DNA of 64,000 nucleotides, taken from assembly GCA_965112735.1 (NCBI GenBank), contig OZ218962.1, forward strand, positions 1,612,001-1,676,000, in the 5' to 3' direction. Source of the DNA: Phaeosaccion multiseriatum (taxonomy: Eukaryota > Protista > Ochrophyta, other classes). A model generated the notes under the pieces. The model had not been told where the DNA came from and ran no database searches. It saw only the letters and a list, made by a program, of their open reading frames with translations. Below are positions 25,301 through 38,300 of this stretch, one piece after another (position 1 is the first letter of the stretch; every line of letters starts with the position of its first letter). Position numbers and translations under genes: made by a program.

Positions 25301-27921
25301 ATGCCCAGTGCGGTCCTGTTGTGGCCAGCAAGCGCGTGGTTCAGGCTGTGTGTGCCCACCAAGGCCGGCCTTGGGCCCTTTTGAGCCCAACAAAGGGCCA
25401 TTTGAGCCGATCGGAGACCCCACTTGACATCGTTGAGGCAATGCAGTATTTCCACTGGCTCTGTTGTAGTGAGCCAATGCCCAGTGCGGTCCTGTTGTGG
25501 CCAGCAAGCGCGTGGTTCAGGCTATGTGTGCCCACCAAGGCCTTGCTTGGGCCCTTTTGAGCCCAACAACGGGCCATTTGAGCCGATCGGAGACCCCACT
25601 TGGCATCGTTGAGGCAATGCAGTATTTCCACTGGCTCTGTTGTAGTGAGCCAATGCCCAGTGCGGTCCTGTTGTGGCCAGCAAGCGCGTGGTTCAGGCTG
25701 TGTGTGCCGGCCTTGGGCCCTTTTGAGCCCAACAAAGGGCCATTTGAGCCGATCGGAGACCCCACTTGACATCGTTGAGGCAATGCAGTATTCTCACTGG
25801 CTCTGTTGTAGTGAGCCAATGCCCAGTGCGGTCCTGTTGTGGCCAGCAAGCGCGTTGTTCAGGCTGTGTGTGCCCACCAAGGCCTTGCTTGGGCCCTTTT
25901 GAGCCCAACAAAGGGCCATTTGAGCCGATCGGAGACCCCACTTGACATCGTTGAGGCAATGCAGTATTCTCACTGGCTCTGTTGTAGTGAGCCAATGCCC
26001 AGTGCGGTCCTGTTGTGGCCAGCAAGCGCGTGGTTCAGGCTGTGTGTGCCGGCCTTGGGCCCTTTTGAGCCCAACAAAGGGCCATTTGAGCCGATCGGAG
26101 ACCCCACTTGGCATCATTGAGGCAATGCAGTATTTCCACTGGCTCTGTTGTAGTGAGCCAATACCCAGTCTGTTGTGGCCAGCAAGCGCGTGGTTCAGGC
26201 TGTGTGTGCCCACCAAGGCCTTGCTTGGGCCCTTTTGAGCCCAACAAAGGGCCATTTGAGCAGATCGGAGACCCCACTTGACATCGTTGAGGCAATGCAG
26301 TATTCTCACTGGCTCTGTTGTAGTGAGCCAATGCCCAGTGCGGTCCTGTTGTGGCCAGCAAGCGCGTGGTTCAGGCTGTGTGTGCCCACCAAGGCCGGCC
26401 TTGGGCCCTTTTGAGCCCAACAAAGGGCCATTTGAGCCGATCGGAGACCCCACTTGACATCGTTGAGGCAATGCAGTATTCTCACTGGCTCTGTTGTAGT
26501 GAGCCAATGCCCAGTGCGGTCCTGTTGTGGCCAGCAAGCGCGTGGTTCAGGCTGTGTGTGCCGGCCTTGGGCCCTTTTGAGCCCAACAAAGGGCCATTTG
26601 AGCAGATCGGAGACCCCACTTGGCATCGTTGAGGCAATGCAGTATTCTCACTGGCTCTGTTGTAGTGAGCCAATGCCCAGTGCGGTCCTGTTGTGGCCAG
26701 CAAGCGCGTGGTTCAGGCTGTGTGTGCCGGCCTTGGGCCCTTTTGAGCCCAACAAAGGGCCATTTGAGCCGATCGGAGACCCCACTTGACATCGTCGAGG
26801 CAATGCAGTATTCTCACTGGCTCTGTTGTAGTGAGCCAATGCCCAGTGCGGTCCTGTTGTGGCCAGCAAGCGCGTGGTTCAGGCTGTGTGTGCCCACCAA
26901 GGCCGGCCTTGGGCCCTTTTGAGCCCAACAAAGGGCCATTTGAGCCGATCGGAGACCCCACTTGACATCGTTGAGGCAATGCAGTATTTCCACTGGCTCT
27001 GTTGTAGTGAGCCAATGCCCAGTGCGGTCCTGTTGTGGCCAGCAAGCGCGTGGTTCAGGCTATGTGTGCCCACCAAGGCCTTGCTTGGGCCCTTTTGAGC
27101 CCAACAAAGGGCCATTTGAGCCGATCGGAGACCCCACTTGGCATCGTTGAGGCAATGCAGTATTCTCACTGGCTCTGTTGTAGTGAGCCAATGCCCAGTG
27201 CGGTCCTGTTGTGGCCAGCAAGCGCGTGGTTCAGGCTGTGTGTGCCGGCCTTGGGCCCTTTTGAGCCCAACAAAGGGCCATTTGAGCCGATCGGAGACCC
27301 CACTTGACATCGTTGAGGCAATGCAGTATTCTCACTGGCTCTGTTGTAGTGAGCCAATGCCCAGTGCGGTCCTGTTGTGGCCAGCAAGCGCGTGGTTCAG
27401 ACTGTGTGTGCCCACCAAGGCCGGCCTTGGGCCCTTTTGAGCCCAACAAAGGGCCATTTGAGCCGATCAGAGACCCCACTTGACATCGTTGAGGCAATGC
27501 AGTATTCTCACTGGCTCTGTTGTAGTGAGCCAATGCCCAGTGCTGTCCTGTTGTGGCCAGCAAGCGCGTGGTTCAGGCTGTGTGTGCCCACCAAGGCCTT
27601 GCTTGGGCCCTTTTGAGCCCAACAAAGGGCCATTTGAGCAGATCGGAGACCCCACTTGGCATCATTGAGGCAATGCAGTATTTCCACTGGCTCTGTTGTA
27701 GTGAGCCAATACCCAGTCTGTTGTGGCCAGCAAGCGCGTGGTTCAGGCTGTGTGTGCCCACCAAGGCCTTGCTTGGGCCCTTTTGAGCCCAACAAAGGGC
27801 CATTTGAGCAGATCGGAGACCCCATTTGGCATCGTTGAGGCAATGCAGTATTCTCACTGGCTCTGTTGTAGTGAGCCAATGCCCAGTGCGGTCCTGTTGT
27901 GGCCAGCAAGCGCGTGGTTCA
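10398..27921. repeat. Main satellite block (~100 monomers of 176/170/166 bp) with 1030-bp six-monomer higher-order repeat
   Basis: Near-identical ORFs recur at 11059/12089/13119/14149/15179 and 17945/18975/20005/21035 (1030-bp period = 3x176+170+2x166). Confidence 0.98.
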
Positions 27922-28857
27922 GCCTGTTCAGCAGCGCAGCAACGGAACTTTGTTTCTCGCGGAACAGAGACGAGGAAGAGGTGGGAGACATGGGAGCCAG
28001 CAGGGCGAAGCGTCAGCGTAGGTGCTTGGTACCGCCCCAAGGGGGGGGGTCCCCTCTGGAGAGATGTACAGTATGTCAGTGAAGCAGGGAATTTAGATTT
28101 TTCAGAAGAGGAGAGACCTTGGCGTGTGCTGTCACTTACTGAGGCGGCGGAGACAGAGCCCAGGAAGAGTGGAGCACACTGTCAAGGAGGAGAGTAGATA
28201 CTGGTGTGGTGGAAAGCGAGCCTCTTGTCCTGGGCCCGGACAGAGCGCTTGTGTCGGCCAAGGGGACCCGCCTGGTGTTGAGTGCCGGGGTCCTCGTGGG
28301 CGAGGGAAGGAGAGATAGGGAGACTGTGTCTGGTGTTGAGTGCCGACAGTGTCCACGGTGTTGAGTGCCGGAACTCTTCTTTTCTTTCCCACCCACCCAC
28401 CCTCAGTCTTAGTTTTAGTTTTAGATACTCATACATTATGGGGGTGAAGCGGGACTTGGGGTGCTCACTGCGGTGGCACCCCAAGCTCCACTACATCCGA
28501 AACCCGGTGCCCGCCTCCCTCCATGGAGGCGGCCCCCTTGGAGGCGCTCTGCGCTCCCAAGGTGGGAGTCCCTCACGGGACTGCCCCCCCCTACTAATGA
28601 TGAGTCCTTCCCCCAACGTTAGCTACCCCTGGTCCACGACCTCTCCACCTGCGGAGCAGGTGGCCACTTGGGAGTCCAACCCTATTCCTCTTGGCCTCGA
28701 ACAGCCGGCTACGGCGTGGATGTGGATAGTCCTCAGCTTGCATACTGCGACGCCTTGGAGCGGGAGTCGGACATCTCCCGGGCCCTCGCCTACGACTGAA
28801 GGGAGGAGGCCTCTCACTGGCTTCCCACCTTCGCCCGAGCGCCGCGACGGCGCGAAA
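27922..28857 (+). mobile_element. Solo A-spacer-B remnant of a diverged split-direct-repeat element (relative of 6992-10397)
   Basis: Start GCCTGTTCAGCAGCGCAGCAACGGAACTTTGTTTCTCGCGGA resembles the A start. It shares the CCACCCACCCACCC...TTAGATACTCA spacer and ends GAGCGCCGCGACGGCGCGAAA, like the B end. The satellite rejoins TTCA|GGCTG; boundary ambiguous by 1-2 bp. Confidence 0.8.
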
Positions 28858-29380
28858 GGCTGTGTGTGCCCACCAAGGCCGGCCTTGGGCCCTTTTGAGC
28901 CCAACAAAGGGCCATTTGAGCAGATCGGAGACCCCACTTGACATCGTTGAGGCAATGCAGTATTCTCACTGGCTCTGTTGTAGTGAGCCAATGCCCAGTG
29001 CGGTCCTGTTGTGGCCAGCAAGCGCGTGGTTCAGGCTGTGTGTGCCGGCCTTGGGCCCTTTTGAGCCCAACAAAGGGCCATTTGAGCAGATCGGAGACCC
29101 CACTTGGCATCGTTGAGGCAATGCAGTATTCTCACTGGCTCTGTTGTAGTGAGCCAATGCCCAGTGCGGTCCTGTTGTGGCCAGCAAGCGCGTGGTTCAG
29201 GCTGTGTGTGCCGGCCTTGGGCCCTTTTGAGCCCAACAAAGGGCCATTTGAGCAGATCGGAGACCCCACTTGGCATCGTTGAGGCAATGCAGTATTCTCA
29301 CTGGCTCTGTTGTAGTGAGCCAATGCCCAGTGCGGTCCTGTTGTGGCCAGCAAGCGCGTGGTCAGGCTGTTTGTGGCCCA
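28858..29380. repeat. Terminal ~3 satellite monomers with degenerate right edge
   Basis: Monomer continues, then decays (GTCAGGCTGTTTGTGGCCCAC) near 29360-29380. Confidence 0.93.
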
Positions 29381-29399
29381 CAATAAGTGCCGGAGACTC

Positions 29400-32300
29400 T
29401 CTGCCTGACTCACTCCCGCCTCAGTAACTCACCCACTCACTCGTTCACCCACTCACTCCCTCACTCCCTCCAGGCTCTCACATTCAGTCTCCTATGGACG
29501 CGCCCTTATCTTTTGTACTTACTCCCTGACTCCCTCCCTCACTCTCTGCCCCACCCCCTCCCTCCCTCCCTCCCTCCCTCCCTCAGGGTCACTCACTCAC
29601 TCACTCACTCACTCACGCACTCCCTCCCTCACTCCTTCCACTCACTTCATCCCTCCCTCCTCTCACACCTTTCCTAAGCACGCATGCACTCACTCACTCA
29701 CTCACTCACCCCGCCCCTCCCTTCCTCTCTCCCCCTCTCCCTCCCTCTCTCCCTCCCCCTCCCTCACTCACGCCCTTACTCCCTCGCTCTCTCCCCCCCT
29801 CCCTTCCTCCCTCCTTCATGCACTGACTCACTGACCCACCGACTCCCTCCCTCACATACTCATGCACTCACTTACCCACTCACTCCCTCATCCCTCCCTG
29901 CCCTCACACTCACTCTCTTACGCACGCACGCACAAACGCACTCACTCCCTTCCTCCCTCCCTCCCTCCCTACCTACCTTCCTCCCTCCCTCCCTCCCTCC
30001 CTCCCTCCCTACCTTCCTCCCTCCCTCCCCCCCTCCGTCCCTCACTCACTCACTCACTCACTCACTCACTCACTCACTCACTCACTCACTCACGCACTCA
30101 CTCACACACTCACTCACTCACTCACCCACTCACACACACACTCCCTCACTCCCTCCACTTACTTCATCCCTCCCTCCTCTCAATCCTCTCCTAAGCACGC
30201 ACGCACGCACGCACTCACGCACTCACTCTCTACTCACTCCACCCTTCGCTTCCTATTGCCCTCTCTCCCTCCGTCCCTCCCTCCCTCTCTCTTACCCACT
30301 CCCTCCCTCCATCACTGACCCACTGACTCTCTGACTCACTCCCTCACTCACTCACAAACTCACCAACTCACCCACTCACTCCCTCACTCGCTCCCTGCTC
30401 TCCCTCCCCCGCCCCCTCTCTCACTCACGCCCTTCCTCCCTTATTCTCGCGGTCCCTTACTCTCTGCCCCCCTCCCTCTCTCGCTGATTAACTCACTCCC
30501 TCACCGACTCACTCATCCACCCGATCACCCACTCACTCCCTCACTCCCTCCCTGCTGTCACACTCACTCTCCCATAAACGCACGCACGCAGACACTCACT
30601 TTCACTCCCTCCCCCCCCTTCTCTCCCTCTCTCCCTCCGTCACTCCCTCCCCTCTTCTCACCCACTCCCTCACTTCATTCATCACTCCCTTCTTCCGTCC
30701 CTCCCTCCCTTCCTCACTGACTCACTTTCTCACTTCCTCACCCATTCCCTCACTCACTGACTTCCTCACTTCCTCACCCATTCCCTCACTCACTCACTCA
30801 CTCACTCACTCACTCTCACTCACTCACTCACTCACTCACTCACCCACTCACCCATTCACTCCCTCACTCCCTCAACTCACTTCATCCCTTCCTCCTCCTC
30901 ACGTATCTCTTAGGCACGTACGCACTGGCTCACTCACTCACTCACTCACTCACTCACTCACTCCATCCTTCACTCACTCCCTCTCTCGCTCCATTCCTCC
31001 CTCCCTCCCTCCCTCCCTCCCTTCCTCCCTCCCTCCCTCCCTCCCTCCCTCTCCCTCACTCACGCCCTTACTCCATTTCTCTCTCCCCCCCTCCCTCCTT
31101 CCCTCACTGACTGACTGACTCACTCACTCACTCACTCCCTCACTCCCTCACTCACTCTCCCACTCACCCTCTCACCCACTCACTCCCTCACTCCCTCCCA
31201 GCTCTCACACTAACTCTCTTACGCACGCACGCACGCACGCACTCACTCCTCCTTTCACTCCCTCCCTCCCTCCCTCCCTGCCTCCCTCCCTATCTCTCAC
31301 CCTCCCTCCCCCCCTTCCTCCCTCCCTCCCTCCCCCCCTTCCTCCCCCCCTTCCTCCCTCCCTCCCTCCCTCCCCCCCTCCTTCCCTCCCTCCCCTTCTC
31401 TCTCCCTCTCTCCCTCTCTCCCTCCCTCCCTCCCTCCGTCCCTCCCTCCCTCCGCCCCTATGTAAATAGTCAATTAGACTACTAGACAAGTGTGAGCTAC
31501 TGGCATGTGTATTACAACAGCTTAACCCGAGAGCAAGCCTGCTGGCTGCTCTATCCTTACAAAACCAGGCTCTGAGAGAGAAGCCCGAGCTCCTGCCATG
31601 CATCACCAGCTCGCGTGCCCACCGGGGACAGATCACAGATCACAAATAGAACCGACGTGCACTACCTACCCTCACTCACTCCACCCTTAACATCCTCCCT
31701 CCCTCCCTCCCTCCCTCTCTCTCACGCACGCCCTTACTCCCTAACTCTCTCCCCCTCCCTAGCTGATTCACTGACTTACTGACTCACTGACTCACTCCCT
31801 CACTGACTCACCCACTCATTCACTCACTCCCTGTCTGCTCTCACACTCATTCTCTTACGCACGCACGCACGTACTCACTTACTCCACCTTTCACTCCCTC
31901 CATCCCTCACTCCTTCAGTCACTGACTCACTCCTTCGTTCTCTCCCTCCCTCCCTGCCTCACTCACTGACTCCCGTACTCCCTCCCTTCCTCACTGACTC
32001 ACTGACTCACTGACTAACTATCTCACTCACCCACTCACTCACTCACTCACTCACTGACTCACTTCCTTCACTCCCTCCTAGCTCTCACACTCACTCTCTT
32101 ACGTACACACGCACGCATGCACACACTCACTCACTCCACCTTTCACTCCCTCCCTCCCTTCCTCCCTCCCCCCCCTCACTCACTCCGTCGCTTACTCCCT
32201 CACTCCCTTCCTCCCTCCCTCTCTCTCTCCCTCACTGACTCACCTACTCACTCCCTCACTCCCTCCCTCACTCCCTCCCTCCCTCCCTCCCTCCCTCCCT

Positions 32301-35300
32301 CCCTCCCTCCCTCCCTCACTCACTCACTCACTCACCCACTCACTCTCTCACCTATTCACTCCCCCACTCCCTCCACTCACTTCATCCCTTCTCTCCTCTC
32401 ACATCTCTCTTAAGCACGCACGCACGCACTCACTCACTCACTCACTCACTCACTCACTCACTCCACCCGTCACCCACTCCACCCTTCACCCCCTCCCCCC
32501 CTTCCTCCATCCATCCCTCCATTCCCTCTCTCATTCGCTCCCTCACTCCCTCCCTCCCTCACTCCCTCACCGACGCACTTATTCACTTTCTCACTCACAC
32601 CCTTCCTCACTCACTCACTCACTCACCCACTCATTCCCTCACTCCCTCCACTCACTTGATCCCTCCCTCTTCTCACACCTCTCTTCAGCACGCGCGCACG
32701 CCATGACTCACTCACGCACTCACTCACTCCACCCTTTACTCCGTCTCACCCTCTCTCTCTCCCTCCCTCCCTCCCTCTCTCCCTCCCTCCCTCCCTCCCT
32801 CCCTCTCTCTCACTCACTCCCTTACTCCCTCACTCTCTCGTCCCCTCCCTCCCTCCCTCCCTCCCTCACTGACTGTGAGACTTACTGACTCACTGACTCA
32901 GTCCCTCACTCACTCACCCACTCCCTCACTCACTCACTCCCTCCTCTAACACTCATTCTCTTACGCTCGCACGATGCACTCACTCCCCCTTTCACTCACT
33001 CACTCACTCACCCACTCACCCACTCATCCACTCATCCACTCACCCACTCACTCCCTCCCTGCTCTCATACTCTCTTACGCACGCACCCACGCAGGCACTC
33101 ACTCACTCCACCGTTCACTGCCTCCCTCCGTCCCTCCCTCTCTCCCTCTCTCCCCCTCTCCCCTCTCCCTCCCTCGCCCCCCTCTCTCACTCCCTCCCCT
33201 ACTTCCGCACTCCCTTCCTTCCTCCCTCCCTCCCTCCCTCCCTCACTGACTCACCTACTCACTACCTCACTCACTCACCCACTCACCCACTCACTTCCTC
33301 ACTCCCTCCACTTACTTCATCCCTCCCTCCTCTCACATCTGTCTTAATTAAGCACGCACGCACTCACTCACTCATTCACTCACTCCACCCTTTACTCCCT
33401 CTCTCTCTCCCTCTCTATATCCCCTCTCTCTCTCTTCATCACTCTATCACTTACTTCCTCCGTCACTCTCTCCCTCACTCACTGACTCACTGACTCCCTT
33501 TCTCACTCACGCCCTCCCTCCCTCGCTCACACACTCGCACACTCACTCCCCCATTTTTCCTCACTCCCTTCACTCGCTTCATCCCTCCCTCCTCACATCT
33601 CTCTAAGGCACGCACTCACTCACTCATTCACTCACTCACTCCACCCTTTTCTCCCTCTCACCCTCTCTCCCTCTCTCCCTCTCTCCCTCCGTCCTTCCCT
33701 CCCTCTCTCTCACTTCCTCCCCTATTCCCTGACTCTCTCTCTCCCTCCCCTCCTCCCTCCCTCCCTCCCTCCCTCACTGAATGTGAGAGTAACTGACTCA
33801 CTGCCTCACTGCCTCACTCACTCACCCACTCACTCACTCACTCACTCACTCACTCCCTCCTTGCTCTCACACTCACTCTCTTACCCATGCACGTATGCAC
33901 GCACGCACTCACTCACTCCACCTTTCACTCCCTTTACCTTATATATATGCACGCACGCACTCACTCGTTCCACCTTTGACTACCTCCATCCCTCCCTCTC
34001 CCTCATGCCACCTTTCACTTCCTCCCTCCATCCCTCCCTCGCTCCCCCCCTCACTCCCTCCCCTCTCTCATTCACTCCCTCACTCCCTCACTCCCTTCCT
34101 CTCTCCCTCCCTCCCTCCCTCCCTCATTGACTCACCTACTCACTTCCTCACTCACTCTCTCACTCACTCACTCACTGACCAACTCAGCCACTCACTCCCT
34201 CACTCCCTCCACTCACTTCATCCCTCTCTCCCCTCACACCTCTCTCAAGCACGCACGAACCTCACTCACTCACTCACTCCACCTTTCACTCGCTCTCTAC
34301 CTCCCTCTATCCCTCTCTCGCGCCCTCCATCCCCTCTCTCTCACTTACTCACTCACTCCCTTCCTCCGTCAGTCCCTCCCTCTCTCACTGACTCACTGAC
34401 TCACTCCCTCACTCACACCCTCCCTCCCTCACACACTCACTTACCCACTCACTCCCTCACTCCCTTACTCCCTCACTCTCTCCCGCCCTCCCTCCCTCCC
34501 TCCCTCCCTTTCTCACTCCCTCACCCACTTACTCTCTCACTCCTTCCACTCACTTGATCCCACCCTCCTCTCGCACCTCTCTTAAGCATGCACGCACGCA
34601 AGTACTCACTCACTCCACCCCTCACTCCCTCTCTCCGTCCCACCCTCCCTCCCTCCCTACCTACCTACCTGCCTCCTCTCTCTCAGTCACTCCTTCACTC
34701 CCTCACTCCCTTCTTTCCCCATCTCTTCCTCACTGTCTCATCTGCTCACTTCCTCACACTCTCCCTACCTCCTTTCCTCTCTCCCTCCCTCCGTACCTCC
34801 TCTCTCTCACTCACTCCCTCCCTCCCTCCCTCCCTCCCTCCCTCCCTCCCTCCCTCCCTCCCTCCCTCCCTCCCTCCCTCCCTCCCTCCCTCCCTCACTC
34901 ACTCACTTCCTTCCTCCGTCACTCACTCCCTCCCTCACTGACTCACTGACTCACTGACTCACTGACTCACTGACCCACTCACACCCTCCCTCACTCACTC
35001 ACCCACTCACTCCCTCACTCGCTCACTCCCTCCACTCACCTCATCCCTCCCTCCTCTCACCCCTCTCTTAAGCACACACGCACGCAATCACTCACTCACT
35101 CACTCACTCACTCACTCACTCCACGCTTTACTCCCTCTCACCCTCTCTCCCTCTCTCCCTGTCTCCCTCCCTCCCTCCCTCCCTCCCTCTCACTCACTCT
35201 CTTCCTCCCGCACTATCTCCCGCCCTTCCTCCCTCCCTGCCTTCCTCCCTCAATCCTCCCCCATTGACTGTGAGACTTACTCACTGATTGACTCACTCAC

Positions 35301-38300
35301 CTGACTCACTCACTCACTCACTCACCCATGCACTTACTCACTCCCTCCCTCCCTCCCTGCTCTCACACTCATGCTCTTATGCACGCACGCACGCACACAC
35401 GCACTCACTCCACCTTTCACTCCCTCCCTCTCTCCCTCCCTCCCTCCCTTCCTCCCTCCCTCCCTGCCCTCTCTCCCTCCCTCCCTCACTCCCTCACTCC
35501 CTCACTCCCTCACTCCCTCACTCCCTCACTCCCTCACACCCTCACTCCCTCACTCCCTCACTCCCTCACTCCCTCACTCCCTCAGTCCGTTAGTCCCTCC
35601 TCCCTCCCTTCTTTCCTCCCTCACTGACTCACTGACTCACTTCCTCAGTCCCTCAATCACTGACTCACCCACGCACCCACTCACCTACTCACTCACACTA
35701 CTCACTCACACATTCTCCCTCCACTCACTTTATCCCTCCCTCCCTCCCTCCCTCCCTCCCTCCCGCTCTCTCTCTCACTCACTCTCTCACTCCCCCACTC
35801 TCTCCCCCCATCCCTCCTTCCCTCTCTCCCTCCCTCCCTCCCTCACTGACTTACTGACTCACTGAATCTCTCCTTCCCGCACTCACTCACTCACTCACTC
35901 ACTCACTCACTCCCTCACTCCCTCACTCACCCACTCACTCCCTCACTCACTCACTCCCTCCCTCCCTCCCTCCCTCCCTCCCTCCCTCCCTCCCTCCCTC
36001 CCTCCCTCCCTCCCTCCCTCCCTCCCTCCCTCCCTCCCTCCCTCCCTCCCTCCCTCCCTCCCTCCCTCCCTCCCTCCCTCCCTCCCTCCCTCCCTCCCTC
36101 CCTCCCTCCCTCCCTCCCTCCCTCCCTCCCTCCCTCCCTCCCTCCCTCCCTCCCTCCCTCCCTCCCTCCCTCCCTCACTCACTCACTCCCTCCCTCCCTC
36201 CCTCCCTCCCTCCCTCCCTCCCTCCCTCCCTCCCTCCCTCTCTCTCTCTCCCTTCCTCTTTCCCTCCCTCCCTCCCTCACTCACTCACTCACTCACTCAC
36301 TCCCTCACTCACTCACTCACTCACCCGCTTACTCTCTCACTCCTTCCTTTCACTTGATTCCTCCCTCCTCTCGCACCTCTCTTAAGCACGCACATACTCA
36401 CGCACGCACGCACTCATTCACTCCACCCTTCACTCCCTCCCTCCGTCCCTCCCTCCATCCCCTTTCTCACTTACTCTCTCACTCACCCTCTCACTCACTC
36501 TCTCAGTCACTCTCTCACTCCCTCTCTCTCTCCCCCCTCCCTCTCTCCCTCCCTTCCCCCTTCCCTCATTCACGCACTTCCTCTCTCACTCACTCCCTCA
36601 ATCACTCACTCACTCACGCGCCCTCTCACCTACTCACCCGCCCGCCCACTCACTCACTCACTCACTCACTTCCTCACTCCCTCACTCCCCCAATCGCTCC
36701 TCCCTCCCTCCCTCCCTCCCTCACTGACTCACTGACTCACTGACTCACTGACTCACTCCCGCTCTAACTTACGCACGCACGCACGCACGCACACACCATT
36801 CACTCACCAACTAACTCACTCACTCACGCATGCACGCATACACGCACCAATCATCCCTCATTCAGTCATTCACTCACTCTCTCACCCACTCACTTGCTCC
36901 CGCCCTCACTCCCTCACCCACTCACTCACTGCTCACTCACTTACCCGTCACTCGCCATCCCTCCCTCCTTCACTCACTCACTCACTCACTCACTCACTCA
37001 CTCATCCACTCACCCACTCCCTCCCTCCCTCCCTCACTCACTCACTCACTCACTCTCGCTCACTCACTGACTCACTGACTCACTCACTCACTTCCTCTCT
37101 CACTCACTCACTTCACCCTTCGCTTCCGCCCTCACTCACTCTCTCCCTCACTCACTCACTCCACCCTTCACTGCCTCCCTCACTCACTTCATCCCTTCCT
37201 CCTCTCACACTCACTCGCTTACTTAATACTTACGCACGCACTAAATTCACCCACGCACCCACTCACCCCCTCATTCACTCCCTCACACGCGCGCACCAAT
37301 CACTCCCTCCCTCACCCACTCACCCACTCACCTACTTACACACCTACTTACTCATCCACTCACCTACTTACTCACCCACTCACCCAGCTACTTACACACT
37401 CACTCACCTACTTACTTACTTACTCACCTATTTGCTCACCCACTCATCCACTCACCCACTTACTGCCCCCCTCACTCACTTCATCTCTACCTCTTCTCAC
37501 ACTCACTCTCTTCTTCACGCACGTACGCACGTACTCACTCCCTGTACCCTTCACTCCCTCCCTCCCTCCTTCTCTCTCTCCCTGACTCCCTCCCTCCCTC
37601 CCTCCCTCCCTCACTGACTCACTGACTCACTGACTCACTGACTTACTCACGCACACACTCACCCACCCCCCCCAAATCCCTCGCTCACCACCGACGTGAC
37701 GCCGACCCAGCTCGCTCTGACATAACTCGCTCACTCACTCATCACTCAGCTACTCCCTCGCTCACTCACTCACTCACTCACTCACTCACTCACTCACTCA
37801 CTCACTCACTCACTCACTCACTCACTCACTTACTCACTCCCTCCCTCCCTGCTCTCACACTCATGCTCTTATGCACGCACACACGCACACACGCACACAC
37901 GCACTCACTCCACCTTTCACTCCCTCCCTCTCTCCCTCCCTCTCTCCCTTCCTCCCTCCCTCCCTGCCCTCTCTCCCTCCCTCCCTAACTCCCTCACTCC
38001 CTCACTCCCTCACTCCCTCACTCCCTCACTCCCTCACTCCCTCACTCCCTCACACCCTCACTCCCTCACTCCCTCACTCCCTCACTCCCTCACTCCCTCA
38101 GTCCGTTAGTCCCTCCTCCCTCCCTTCTTTCCTCCCTCACTGACTCACTGACTCACTTCCTCAGTCCCCCAATCACTGACTCACCCACGCACCCACTCAC
38201 CTACTCACTCACACATTCTCCCTCCACTAACTTTATCCCTCCCTCCCTCCCTCCCTCCCTCCCTCCCTCCCTCCCTCCCTCCCTCCCTCCCTCCCTCCCT

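Noticed and set aside
1-29380. Hundreds of 60-250 aa ORFs in the satellite
   Set aside because: They are translations of the monomer in all frames on both strands, changing frame with monomer length; no domain signal.
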